Source: an uncultured Bacillota bacterium (GTDB lineage Bacteria; Bacillota_I; Bacilli_A; RF39; UBA660). From it: a stretch of 64,000 nt of DNA. This document shows, piece after piece, positions 25,661 to 35,029 of this stretch (positions are counted from its first letter, which is position 1; each line of letters starts with the position of its first letter). The DNA lies in assembly GCA_958428295.1 (NCBI GenBank), contig CAUAFL010000002.1, forward strand, positions 2,297 to 66,296, read 5' to 3'. The translations under genes and the position numbers were made by a program. A model generated the notes under the pieces. The model did not search any database. It worked only from the letters and a program-made list of their open reading frames with translations, and had not been told where the DNA came from.

Positions 25661-27046
25661 ATGGAAGTAGATGTGAGAGATATTTATGAAAAAGTAGAGG
25701 AATATTTAGAAAAAGAGGTTGTGCTACAAGGTTGGATTCGTAATCATCGGAAACAGAAAGAGTTTGGGTTTATAGATTTTTTTGATGGTACTTGTTTTGA
25801 TCATGTACAAGTAATTTATGATCAAAGTTTAGAGATGTTTGAAGAGATTCAGAAGTATCATATTGGCTGTGCCATTAAAGTAACCGGGAAAGTTGTTCTT
25901 TCTCCTAAAAAAGGGCAAGCATTTGAAATTCAGGCTGGTATAATTACATTATTAGGAGATTGTCCTGAGGATTATCCTATCCAGCCCAAGCAACACTCTC
26001 GCGAGTTTTTGCGAGAACAAGCTTATCTAAGACCACGTACTAATCTGTTTCAAGCAGTATTTCGCATACGCAGTGTGACAGCTTATGCCATTCATAAATA
26101 TTTTCAGGAGCGTCATTTTGTGTACTTTCATGCCCCTTTAATTACGGGAAGTGACTGTGAAGGGGCGGGAGAAATGTTTCATGTTACCGCTTTTGATTTA
26201 GATGCGATTCCTAAGGATGAGAAAGGGAAGGTTGATTATCCAAAGGACTTTTTTGGCAAAGCGGCATCGCTTACTGTGTCTGGTCAATTACAGGCTGAGA
26301 CATTTGCTTTAGCTTATAAACGTACCTATACTTTTGGCCCTACTTTTCGAGCTGAAAATTCCAATACTAAAACGCATGCTTCAGAATTTTGGATGATAGA
26401 ACCAGAGATGGCTTTTTGTGACTTGAAGGAAGATATGCAAGTGATGGAGGAGATGCTTAAATATGTGGTAGGGTATGTGTTAAAACACTGTTCTTCTGAG
26501 ATGGTCTTTCTAGATAAATTTGTAGAAAAAGGCTTGATAGAAAAATTGCAAAAATTAATCACTTCTCCGTTTGCTCGCGTGACACATCGAGAAGCGATTG
26601 AGATCTTACAAAAGGCTCCTTGTTCTTTTGAGTTTGCACCGGTTCAGGGACAAGATATTGCGAAAGAACATGAAAAGTATCTAACAGATTATTTTCAAGG
26701 TCCTGTCTTTATTACCGATTGGCCCAAGGAGATTAAGGCCTTTTATATGAAGCTTAATCCGGATGGCAAAACAGTAGCGGCTGTTGATTTGGAAGTGCCT
26801 GGTGCGGGAGAATTAATGGGCGGTTCTCAACGGGAAGAAGATTATGATAAGTTAGTAAGTCGTATGCGTGAGATGAATATGGATGAAAAGGAGTTAACTT
26901 GGTATTTAAATTTACGAAAGTTTGGTGGTTGTATTCATTCTGGCTTTGGAATGGGCTTTGAACGATTACTAATTTATTTAACGGGCGTGGATAATATTCG
27001 AGATGTAATCCCTTATCCTAGAACGCCAGGCAATTGTGAATTTTAA
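25661..27046 (+). CDS. asnS: Asparagine--tRNA ligase
   Basis: 461 aa class IIb synthetase with an OB-fold N-terminus. Motifs: FRAENSNT.THASEFWMIEPE and GGSQRE, with GFGMGFERL near the C-terminus. Confidence 0.95.
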   Translation: MEVDVRDIYEKVEEYLEKEVVLQGWIRNHRKQKEFGFIDFFDGTCFDHVQVIYDQSLEMFEEIQKYHIGCAIKVTGKVVLSPKKGQAFEIQAGIITLLGDCPEDYPIQPKQHSREFLREQAYLRPRTNLFQAVFRIRSVTAYAIHKYFQERHFVYFHAPLITGSDCEGAGEMFHVTAFDLDAIPKDEKGKVDYPKDFFGKAASLTVSGQLQAETFALAYKRTYTFGPTFRAENSNTKTHASEFWMIEPEMAFCDLKEDMQVMEEMLKYVVGYVLKHCSSEMVFLDKFVEKGLIEKLQKLITSPFARVTHREAIEILQKAPCSFEFAPVQGQDIAKEHEKYLTDYFQGPVFITDWPKEIKAFYMKLNPDGKTVAAVDLEVPGAGELMGGSQREEDYDKLVSRMREMNMDEKELTWYLNLRKFGGCIHSGFGMGFERLLIYLTGVDNIRDVIPYPRTPGNCEF

Positions 27047-27055
27047 AAAAGAATA

Positions 27056-27086
27056 AGAAACGACAAACTGTGCGTTTCTTTTTTTG
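27056..27086 (+). terminator. Rho-independent terminator after asnS
   Basis: Stem AGAAACG / CGTTTCT followed by a T-run. Confidence 0.6.
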
Positions 27087-27108
27087 TATAGTGAGATTGG
27101 TGGTAGCT

Positions 27109-27903
27109 ATGAAAGTTTATGTAGATGTAGTGTTCTTCATCAATTTTATGTTTGATTTGCTTTTATTGTTAGCGGTGGGACTGGAACGACACACGTTACC
27201 ATCGTTTCGGCGGTTCTTGTTAGGGGCTTTAGTAGGCGCTGTTAGTATTGTTTTTTTATTTTTACCACTGACAACAGTAACCTTATTTTTTTTGAAATTT
27301 GGTATTAGCCTTCTGATGTTACTTACTACTTTTGGATTTCATAATAAACAGTATTTTTTTGCTAACTTTAAAAGTCTTTATGGTAGCAGCATTATTTTAG
27401 GCGGCCTCATGTATTTTTTGAATGTTCAATTTAGTTATCGTCATAGTGGACTGGTTTTTTTTCATGATGGTGCGAGTATTAATTTGATTATAATCATGAT
27501 AGTAAGTCCTATTTTATTTATTAAATACTATCGAGAACGCTCTAAAATCAAGCATAAACTACAACTGTTACATCAAGTAAAAATTACTTATCAGGGCCAG
27601 GAATTTGTTGTTCAAGGATGTTTAGATACCGGTAATACCATTAAAGATCCTTATAAGAAACGACCGGTGTTGATTCTTGACAGTCAAGTTTTCCAACCTA
27701 AGATGGAAGAAGCTGTCTTAGTGCCTTTTAAAACCGTATCTAAAGGGGGATTATTACGCTGTGTGGTGGCTGATAAGTTGTTGATTGATGAGAGGGTGGT
27801 TGATCGGAACAAATACTTAATAGGTAGCAGTGAAGAAACCATTAATTTACAAGGAGCTAGCTGTATTCTACCCAGTTGTTTTATAGAGGAGGATGAAAGT
27901 TGA
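27109..27903 (+). CDS. spoIIGA: Sigma-E processing peptidase SpoIIGA
   Basis: The N-terminal half is polytopic (MKVYVDVVFFINFMFD). The aspartic protease motif is GCLDTGNTIKDP. It lies immediately upstream of, and overlaps, the pro-sigma-E gene. Confidence 0.8.
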   Translation: MKVYVDVVFFINFMFDLLLLLAVGLERHTLPSFRRFLLGALVGAVSIVFLFLPLTTVTLFFLKFGISLLMLLTTFGFHNKQYFFANFKSLYGSSIILGGLMYFLNVQFSYRHSGLVFFHDGASINLIIIMIVSPILFIKYYRERSKIKHKLQLLHQVKITYQGQEFVVQGCLDTGNTIKDPYKKRPVLILDSQVFQPKMEEAVLVPFKTVSKGGLLRCVVADKLLIDERVVDRNKYLIGSSEETINLQGASCILPSCFIEEDES

Positions 27904-28592
27904 TTACTTTATTATTATTGATTGGTAGTTTGTTAGAAAATGTCAGTAGTCTTTTTTATGTAGGAAGTAGTGATGTTCTACCAGAGCCTTTATCTAAAGA
28001 AGATGAAAATACCTATTTAATCATGGCCGAGGATGGCGATATTCATGCCCGTGATGTCTTGATTGAACATAATTTACGATTAGTTGTTTTCTTAGCTAAA
28101 AAGTATGAAAATACTCGTGTTGATTTGGAAGATTTAGTAAGTATTGGTACGATTGGTTTAATTAAAGGAATTAATACCTTTAGTCGTGATAAGAATATTA
28201 AATTAGCGACTTATGCTTCTAGGTGTATTGATAATGAAATTTTAATGTATTTACGGAAGACGAAGAAGATGAAAACAGAAGTATCCATCGATGCTTCCTT
28301 AAGTTTAGATGCGGATGGGAATGAGTTACACCTAGAAGATATTTTGGGAACGGATAGTGATATTGTTACCAAAGGGATTGAAACAGAGGCAGAGAAGAAA
28401 TTAATGTTGGAAGAGGTTTTGCGTTTAGCGCCGCGCGATCGAGATATTATTATTATGCGTTATGGTCTTTTGGGACATGAAGAACTAACCCAGAAAGAGG
28501 TAGCTGATTTGTTGGGAATTAGTCAATCTTATATTTCTAGAATTGAAAAAAAAGTAATAAAACGTTTAAAAAATATTGTGCGTTATAGTTAG
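27900..28592 (+). CDS. sigE: Sporulation sigma factor SigE (pro-sigma-E)
   Basis: The similarity pattern to B. subtilis SigE is strong (LPEPLSKEDE, IEHNLRLVVF, DLVSIGTIGLIKGINTF, KLATYASRCIDNEILMYLR, GISQSYISRIEKK). It starts with TTG 6 nt after AGAGGAGGA and has an N-terminal pro-sequence. Confidence 0.9.
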   Translation: MITLLLLIGSLLENVSSLFYVGSSDVLPEPLSKEDENTYLIMAEDGDIHARDVLIEHNLRLVVFLAKKYENTRVDLEDLVSIGTIGLIKGINTFSRDKNIKLATYASRCIDNEILMYLRKTKKMKTEVSIDASLSLDADGNELHLEDILGTDSDIVTKGIETEAEKKLMLEEVLRLAPRDRDIIIMRYGLLGHEELTQKEVADLLGISQSYISRIEKKVIKRLKNIVRYS

Positions 28593-28597
28593 GAGAA

Positions 28598-28777
28598 ATG
28601 ATAATGATAGAAAAAGAAGAATGGACTAAGGATACGGTAGTAAAAAAAGAGGGTTGTTATTTAAAAAAAATTCATCTACTTTATCATCAGCAGTGTTTGG
28701 AAGAAGTATGGCAGGCCTTTGGGGCGGAGATGATTACTGTCAAACAATGTCATTTGAAAACTTTAAGTCCAATTTAG
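28598..28777 (+). CDS. Candidate 59-aa small ORF directly after sigE (below the ORF-track size cutoff)
   Basis: ATG 28598 is preceded by AGGAG at 28591-28595. My hand translation is MIMIEKEEWTKDTVVKKEGCYLKKIHLLYHQQCLEEVWQAFGAEMITVKQCHLKTLSPI, with a TAG stop at 28775-28777. Confidence 0.35.
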   Translation: MIMIEKEEWTKDTVVKKEGCYLKKIHLLYHQQCLEEVWQAFGAEMITVKQCHLKTLSPI

Positions 28778-28859
28778 GACTTTTTTGCTGGTTTTATTTG
28801 CGTATTTTCCTTAGGATAGTTTATACTAGTAGTAGATAGCAACTAAGGGGGATGAATGG

Positions 28860-30005
28860 ATGAAGAAAATAGTCATTTTGGCTTTACATCTTGGTTATGG
28901 AGGCATAGAAAAATCGATTGCGGTACTAGCAAATTTATTAGCTAGTACGAAGCAATATACTGTGGAAATTGCTTCTATTTATCAACTTTATGAGCAGCCC
29001 GTGTTTCCTTTAGAAGCTTCTGTTACCGTAAAGTATTTACTTCCTAAAGATTTTAGTCCTAATAAAGAGGCATGGCAAGCTAGTTTCGCCAACGCTCATC
29101 CTATACAGTTTGTGAAAGAGTCTTTGAAGGGGGCAAAAATTTTATATCATCGGAAAAAGGAGATGGCCACTTATTTAAAACAATGTCAGGCAGATGTCAT
29201 TATTTCTACACGGGTATTATTAAATGAGTTAGCGAGTACATATGGAAGTCGCACAGCTTTAAAAATTGGTTGGGAACATAATCATCATCATAATGATATG
29301 AAGTATGCTGAATCGGTTGTTCGTTCGGCTAAAAATTTGGATTATTTAGTGGTTGTTTCGAAGGATTTGCAGCGTTTTTATAGAAGAAAATTAATTCAAT
29401 ATTCTTGTAAATGTATTTATATTCCTAATACAATTGAAAAAATACCTAATAAAAAGAGTTCTTTAACAGCGAAACGGCTCATTAGCATTGGTCGCTTAGC
29501 GCCCGAAAAAGGCTATTTAGATTTATTGAAGATTTATTTTTTACTTCATAAAAAAGAGCCTGAGTGGACTTTAGATATTGTCGGTGATGGGAAGGAACGA
29601 GGGCGTTTAGAACGGTTTATTACGCTTAACCATTTAGAAGATTGTGTTAGACTCCATGGTTTTCAAGATAGTGAAGCCATAGATACTTTGCTACAAAATT
29701 CTTCTATCTATTTAATGACGAGTTATACCGAGAGTTTTGGGATTGTTTTATTAGAGGCGATGAGTCATGGATTGCCTTGTATTGCTTTTGATTCAGCCGA
29801 AGGCGCGAAAGAGATTATTACTTCTGGTCATGATGGATATTTAATTCGTCATCGTAATTTTGATATCATGATCCGTAAAATTAGAGATTTAATGAAGGAT
29901 AAAGAAAAGCGCTTAGAGTTAGGTGCCAATGGACGGAAGAAAGTGAAATTATATAGTAAAGAAGTCGTTAGTAAGCAGTGGATAAATGTCATAGAAAAGA
30001 AGTGA
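28860..30005 (+). CDS. Glycosyltransferase family 4 (GT-B, GT1/RfaB-like)
   Basis: The C-terminal EX7E-type region is TSYTESFGIVLLEAMSHGLPCIAFDS. Confidence 0.85.
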   Translation: MKKIVILALHLGYGGIEKSIAVLANLLASTKQYTVEIASIYQLYEQPVFPLEASVTVKYLLPKDFSPNKEAWQASFANAHPIQFVKESLKGAKILYHRKKEMATYLKQCQADVIISTRVLLNELASTYGSRTALKIGWEHNHHHNDMKYAESVVRSAKNLDYLVVVSKDLQRFYRRKLIQYSCKCIYIPNTIEKIPNKKSSLTAKRLISIGRLAPEKGYLDLLKIYFLLHKKEPEWTLDIVGDGKERGRLERFITLNHLEDCVRLHGFQDSEAIDTLLQNSSIYLMTSYTESFGIVLLEAMSHGLPCIAFDSAEGAKEIITSGHDGYLIRHRNFDIMIRKIRDLMKDKEKRLELGANGRKKVKLYSKEVVSKQWINVIEKK

Positions 30006-30009
30006 AAAG

Positions 30010-30486
30010 ATGAAAGCGAATGTTATGTTTATTTCTAGTACCGGTGGGCATTTGAGTGAATTGTTACAGTTAAAACCGCTTTTTAAATATTATTATTGTT
30101 GTTTAATTACGGAAAAGACCAAGGCTAATAGGAAGTTGAAAAAGCAGTTTCGGCAGGTGGGGTTTTTATACTATGGTAGTAAGGATCATAAGATTGTGTA
30201 TCCATTTAAATTACTAGCAAATTGTTTTCGTAGCCTTTATTTTTTCCTTAAGTATCAACCAGATTATATTGTCACAACAGGTGCTCATACGGCTGGTCCT
30301 ATGTGTTGTATTGGGCGCATTATGGGAGCAAAGGTAATTTACATTGAAACCTTTGCTAATATCACATCTAAAACAGTCACGGGGCGTTTATTCTATCAAT
30401 TTCACATTGCTAATTTATTTGTGGTACAGTGGAGACCTATGTTAAAACTTTATCCTAAGGCTACTTATGGGGGGTGGATTTACTAA
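30010..30486 (+). CDS. Alg14-like / PssD-like glycosyltransferase accessory subunit
   Basis: The family pattern is present: SSTGGHLSELLQL, TTGAHTAGPMC, GAKVIYIETFA, VVQW and YPKATYGG. Confidence 0.7.
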   Translation: MKANVMFISSTGGHLSELLQLKPLFKYYYCCLITEKTKANRKLKKQFRQVGFLYYGSKDHKIVYPFKLLANCFRSLYFFLKYQPDYIVTTGAHTAGPMCCIGRIMGAKVIYIETFANITSKTVTGRLFYQFHIANLFVVQWRPMLKLYPKATYGGWIY

Positions 30487-31289
30487 TGATTTTTGTTACT
30501 TTAGGAACACAGGATAAAGCTTTTCCTAGATTATTAAGAGTTTTGGATAAACATATTAAGAGTGGTCTTATTCAAGATAAAGTTGTTGTTCAAGCAGGTT
30601 ATACTGATTATCAAAGTGAAAAGATGGAGATATTTGATAGTCTTCCTAAGGAGGAGTTTGAATCTTATATCGAAAAAGCCGATTTAGTAATTACACATGG
30701 TGGTGTCGGAAGTATTTTAGATGCTATTTCGCGAGGAAAAGTAGTCATTGCGGCTCCTAGACTAAGTAAATATAAAGAACATACCAATGATCATCAAAAA
30801 CAAATTGTTAATGAGTTTGCGAAAGAAGGTTATATTTTAGCGTTAAAAGATTTTTCTAAGTTTGAGAAGGTTTATGAGAAAAGTAAGAAATTTCAGCCTA
30901 AAGTATATCATTCTCAGCAGGCTGCTTTTTGTCAGTTAATCAAAAATTATATTGATACTACGGCACACATCAGTTGGTATCATCGTGATTTTCGAGTTAT
31001 CTTTGCTTCGATTATCAATATGTTTATTTTTTGTGGGTTTTGGTTATTAGAATTACCCTTATATATTGGTGTGATGGTGAGTTATATGGTTTCTTGTCTG
31101 TTATTATATTTACTTAATAGTAGGAAACTACGTCGACCGCTGTTGTTATTGATTGGCTTTTTTTGGTTAGATTTAGCTTGTTTTTATTTGTTGGAAGCGC
31201 AGTGGGGGTTTCCTGTGGTACTGGCTAAGTTAGTAAGTGATTTAGTATTAATCATTTTATATCATTTTATTGATAAACGAAATGATTAG
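30486..31289 (+). CDS. Alg13-like / PssE-like glycosyltransferase catalytic subunit fused to a C-terminal multi-TM extension
   Basis: Glyco_tran_28_C-like segments are present: MIFVTLGTQDKAFPRL, ITHGGVGSI and PRLSKYKEHTNDHQ. The last ~110 aa contain about 3-4 hydrophobic helices. The TAATG overlaps the upstream stop. Confidence 0.7.
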   Translation: MIFVTLGTQDKAFPRLLRVLDKHIKSGLIQDKVVVQAGYTDYQSEKMEIFDSLPKEEFESYIEKADLVITHGGVGSILDAISRGKVVIAAPRLSKYKEHTNDHQKQIVNEFAKEGYILALKDFSKFEKVYEKSKKFQPKVYHSQQAAFCQLIKNYIDTTAHISWYHRDFRVIFASIINMFIFCGFWLLELPLYIGVMVSYMVSCLLLYLLNSRKLRRPLLLLIGFFWLDLACFYLLEAQWGFPVVLAKLVSDLVLIILYHFIDKRND

Positions 31290-31445
31290 TTATTTTGTAG
31301 GTAGAACAATGGAAAATTTTCCTTGATTGACATTCGTAAAAAGATGTAAAATGGGGGAAGAAGTTCCTTTTTTGTTTTTAGGTGTGTTAAAATAATAGTG
31401 ATATAAATTTATTTGAATTAATGAAAAAGGGGGACCTTGTAAATA

Positions 31446-32711
31446 ATGAAAGAACAATTGATAAAGTTTATTCGTTGGTTTTTGGTGCTTGGTCCTTTTT
31501 TGGATATGGCTACTGCGGTGATGCTGCAAGTATTTCATGTTGACTTGACGCTAGGGATGATAGTGCGCTTTCTATTTCTAGCCGTTTGTTGTTTTTATCT
31601 TTTCTTTTATTATCAGGGAAAAAATAAAAAGTATTTCATTCTGGCATTAGGAGGCATCTTTATTTATTTAGGACTTTTTAGTATAGCAGTGTTTGTAGAT
31701 AAGGGAAGTGCTGCTTTGTTTTATGAGATCAAGAATGCTTTTAAAACATTTTATTTACCCCTTACGTTACTTAGTTTAGGAGCTGTCTTAACAGAAAATA
31801 AAGATATGGTGCCTAAAAAGTATTTCTTTCTCATGGTTGCCGTGTACTTATTAGGGGTTTTTATTCCTGATATGTTAGGGATTGGTTTTGATAGTTATCA
31901 AGTTACTAAAACGGGTAGTGTAGGTTTTTTTCAGAGTGCTAATGAGATCAGTGCCATTTTATCATTGTTAATGCCTTTTTTTCTTTCTCAGTTGTATCAA
32001 GATAAACAGCTATTAAAGTCTTTTCTATGGATGGGTATTCTTATTTATGTGGTACTTAGTATTGGCACAAAAGGACCTGTTATATCATTGTTATTGATTG
32101 CTTTCGTTTATTTACTTATCTTTTTTGTTAGCTTGATAAAAAAATCGGCCTATCAAAAATTTGGATTTTCTCTTGGGATTGTGTTGGTGGTTATCTTTTC
32201 GTTTCTATTAATTCTACCAAAGACGGCATTTTATCAAAATATGAAAGTTCATTTAGACTTTTTAAAGGTTGAACATATGACAGAAGTATTTCAAGATGAA
32301 GCTTTGCTTGATCATTTTGTCTTTAGTTCGCGCTTAAAGTTTTTCAAAAATACTGCAAAGAGTTATCAAGGAGCTTCTATTTTTCAAAAATTAGTGGGGA
32401 TTGGCTATATTGAACATTATGGAACGGATCAAGTAGCAATGAAAATGGTGGAGATGGATTATGTTGATATTTTCTTTCGTCATGGTGTGGTAGGTTTTTT
32501 GGTGTATATGGGGATCTATGGGGACTTTTTAATAGGTGCCTTTAAGGGCTATTTAAAAGCTCCAAGAGAAAAGCAGATTACTTATTTTTTATCCATTGGA
32601 CTCAGTATTTTGTTAGCACTTATCACAGGTCATGTCTTAGTAGCGCCAGCCGTTAGTATTTTTGTTAGTCTTTTACTTCTCGATGGTAGAAAGGAAGTGG
32701 TAAGATCATGA
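31446..32711 (+). CDS. O-antigen polymerase/ligase-like (Wzy-type) polytopic membrane protein
   Basis: 421 aa with 10 or more hydrophobic helices and one larger loop. It sits inside a glycan cluster. Confidence 0.6.
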   Translation: MKEQLIKFIRWFLVLGPFLDMATAVMLQVFHVDLTLGMIVRFLFLAVCCFYLFFYYQGKNKKYFILALGGIFIYLGLFSIAVFVDKGSAALFYEIKNAFKTFYLPLTLLSLGAVLTENKDMVPKKYFFLMVAVYLLGVFIPDMLGIGFDSYQVTKTGSVGFFQSANEISAILSLLMPFFLSQLYQDKQLLKSFLWMGILIYVVLSIGTKGPVISLLLIAFVYLLIFFVSLIKKSAYQKFGFSLGIVLVVIFSFLLILPKTAFYQNMKVHLDFLKVEHMTEVFQDEALLDHFVFSSRLKFFKNTAKSYQGASIFQKLVGIGYIEHYGTDQVAMKMVEMDYVDIFFRHGVVGFLVYMGIYGDFLIGAFKGYLKAPREKQITYFLSIGLSILLALITGHVLVAPAVSIFVSLLLLDGRKEVVRS

Positions 32712-33586
32712 AAAAGAAGCGTCCCTTAGCTTTTGTAATTATTCATTATAATGATTTTCCAATGACCAGTAGGTTACTTGAAAATATTGCGCATTATCAA
32801 AGTATTAGCCAAATATTTGTGGTAGATAATCATTCTAGTGATGATTCTTTTCATCAATTACAGTCTTTTTCTTCTAGTAAGATAAAGCTTATTCGAACCG
32901 ATACGAATAAAGGATTTGCGGCGGGAATGAATGTCGGAGTGAAGGCAGCTATCACTGCTTTAGGAGCTTGTGATATTATTTTATCAAATTCTGATATTAT
33001 CATTTATAGTGATGAAAATTTACAAAGGTTACAAGAAGTTTTTAAGGATCCTACTTATGGTATTTTAAGTCCAGTGGTGTGTGAACCACAAGGCCTTAAT
33101 CGAGGATGGAAAGTTCCTAGTTGTGGCAAGGAAGTTTTGTTTAATTTACCGGGGGTAGGCAAATTTTTTCAAAAAAAATATTTACAGTATCCTGAAAAGC
33201 ATTATACGGGGGTTGTTTCTTTCGTGGAAGCAGTGTCTGGTTGCTTTTTTCTCATTAAATCAGAAGTATTAGAGAAAATTGGTTTTTTTGATGAAAAAAC
33301 ATTTTTGTATTATGAAGAGAATATTCTATCTCGGAAATTACAACAGGCGAACTATCATGTGGCACTTTGTAATGAAGTGGCAGTCATTCATGACCATTCC
33401 GTGAGTGTTAATAAAAGTATCAGTTATATTAATAAATATAAAATTTTGAAGGAAAGTCAATATTATTTTGAAAAAACTTATAATCATGCTGGGAACTTTG
33501 GTTTATTTTGGTTACGTTTTACTAGTCAATTAACACTTATTACTATCTATTTTCGTGTTTTTATGAAGGGAGGATTTCGAAAGTGA
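32708..33586 (+). CDS. Glycosyltransferase family 2
   Basis: The N-terminal GT-A signature is FVIIHYN..., [17 protein letters not shown] and the SNSD (DxD-like) motif. Confidence 0.85.
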   Translation: MKKKRPLAFVIIHYNDFPMTSRLLENIAHYQSISQIFVVDNHSSDDSFHQLQSFSSSKIKLIRTDTNKGFAAGMNVGVKAAITALGACDIILSNSDIIIYSDENLQRLQEVFKDPTYGILSPVVCEPQGLNRGWKVPSCGKEVLFNLPGVGKFFQKKYLQYPEKHYTGVVSFVEAVSGCFFLIKSEVLEKIGFFDEKTFLYYEENILSRKLQQANYHVALCNEVAVIHDHSVSVNKSISYINKYKILKESQYYFEKTYNHAGNFGLFWLRFTSQLTLITIYFRVFMKGGFRK

Positions 33587-34479
33587 AAGGAATTATTTTA
33601 GCGGGAGGAACGGGAACTAGATTATATCCACTGACGGAAGTAACGAGTAAGCAGTTGATGCCTATTTACGATAAACCGATGATTTATTATCCGCTTTCGG
33701 TTTTAATGCAAGCAGGAATTAGAGAAATTTTAGTGATTTCTACGCCACAGGATTTACCACGTTTTGAGGCTTTGCTGGGAGATGGTTCTAAATTTGGAAT
33801 AAAGTTATCCTATATAGAACAGCCTAGTCCCGATGGCTTAGCCCAGGCTTTTCTTTTAGGGGAAGAGTTTATTGGTACTTCTAGTTGTTGTATGATTTTA
33901 GGGGATAATATTTTTTATGGCGCTAATATTAAGGAGGAATTACAAAGGGCTAGAGCTAGTGCTGAGGCAGGTATCGCTACGGTTTTTGGGTATCATGTCC
34001 ATGATCCTGAACGGTTTGGCATTGTGGAGTTTGATGCCAGTGGGAAAGTGCTCAGTGTGGAAGAAAAACCTAGTCATCCGAAGAGCCACTATGCGATTAC
34101 TGGTTTATATTTTTATGACCATAGCGTGGTAGAGAAAGCCAAAAAATTGAAGCCATCTGCAAGAGGAGAGCTAGAAATAACAGATTTAAATCGTTTGTTT
34201 TTAGAGGAAGGTAGATTACAAGTCATTCCTCTTAATGAAGGGTATGGTTGGTTTGATACAGGAACATTTAAAAGTTTATTAACAGCTACTAGTTTTGTGG
34301 GGACGATTCAGGAACATCAGAATGTGACGATTTGTTGTCCAGAAGAGATTGGTTATCGTAATGGTTGGTTAAAAAAAGATAAATTATTAGCACAAGCAAA
34401 ATTAATGCAGAAGAATACGTATGGTCAACATTTGTTTTCTTTAGTAGAGGAGGAAGAAAATGCAAAAAATTGCCACTAA
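33583..34479 (+). CDS. rfbA: Glucose-1-phosphate thymidylyltransferase
   Basis: [29 protein letters not shown] and GLAQAF are present. It starts with GTG, overlapping the upstream stop. Confidence 0.95.
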   Translation: MKGIILAGGTGTRLYPLTEVTSKQLMPIYDKPMIYYPLSVLMQAGIREILVISTPQDLPRFEALLGDGSKFGIKLSYIEQPSPDGLAQAFLLGEEFIGTSSCCMILGDNIFYGANIKEELQRARASAEAGIATVFGYHVHDPERFGIVEFDASGKVLSVEEKPSHPKSHYAITGLYFYDHSVVEKAKKLKPSARGELEITDLNRLFLEEGRLQVIPLNEGYGWFDTGTFKSLLTATSFVGTIQEHQNVTICCPEEIGYRNGWLKKDKLLAQAKLMQKNTYGQHLFSLVEEEENAKNCH

Positions 34480-35029
34480 ATTACAAGATTGTTATATTTT
34501 AGAACCTACGGTATATGGGGATGACCGAGGGTATTTTACGGAGTTTTATAGTAAAAAAACAATGGAGGCTTTAGGCTTAGGGAATATTATAGGAGAGGTG
34601 GTGCAGGGTAATCGCTCCCTTAGTCGAAAAGGAACGTTACGTGGTTTGCATTATCAAAAGGGAAAGACTGCTCAAGCGAAGTTAGTGGAATGCTTACAAG
34701 GAAGTGTTTTAGATGTCGTTGTTGATTTACGAAAGTCATCTCCTAGCTATCAACAGTGGATTTCAGTGGAACTGACGGGTGAAAATCAGCGAAAACTATT
34801 GGTGCCTAAGGGATTTGCGCATGGCTTTTTGACGCTGGAAGATAATACGCTATTTCAATATTTAGTAGACTATCCATATAGTAAAGAGACAGAAGGTGGC
34901 TTTCTATGGAAGGATGAAGAAATAGGTGTTGATTGGCAGTTAGAGCGCTACGGTATTGATCAACCACTTCTATCGGCGAAAGATGAGCAACGCAAACCAT
35001 TAAAAGAGACGGATGTGGAGTTTCTATGA
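34460..35029 (+). CDS. rfbC: dTDP-4-dehydrorhamnose 3,5-epimerase
   Basis: [14 protein letters not shown] and PKGFAHGF are present. Confidence 0.95.
   Translation: MQKIATKLQDCYILEPTVYGDDRGYFTEFYSKKTMEALGLGNIIGEVVQGNRSLSRKGTLRGLHYQKGKTAQAKLVECLQGSVLDVVVDLRKSSPSYQQWISVELTGENQRKLLVPKGFAHGFLTLEDNTLFQYLVDYPYSKETEGGFLWKDEEIGVDWQLERYGIDQPLLSAKDEQRKPLKETDVEFL

Noticed and set aside
27070-27108. The ORF track gives an upstream start (27070) for spoIIGA.
   Set aside because: That start lies inside the asnS terminator hairpin and T-run. ATG 27109, preceded by GGTGG, yields the typical MKVYVD... N-terminus.
28654-28839. A 61-aa ORF from the ORF track lies in the sigE-GT4 intergenic region.
   Set aside because: It has no RBS and starts at an internal position. 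It overlaps, in another frame, the better-supported 59-aa ORF at 28598-28777.
31290-31538. An 82-aa minus-strand ORF overlaps the start of the Wzy-like gene.
   Set aside because: It has no RBS, lies antisense to a well-supported membrane-protein gene, and has an odd composition.
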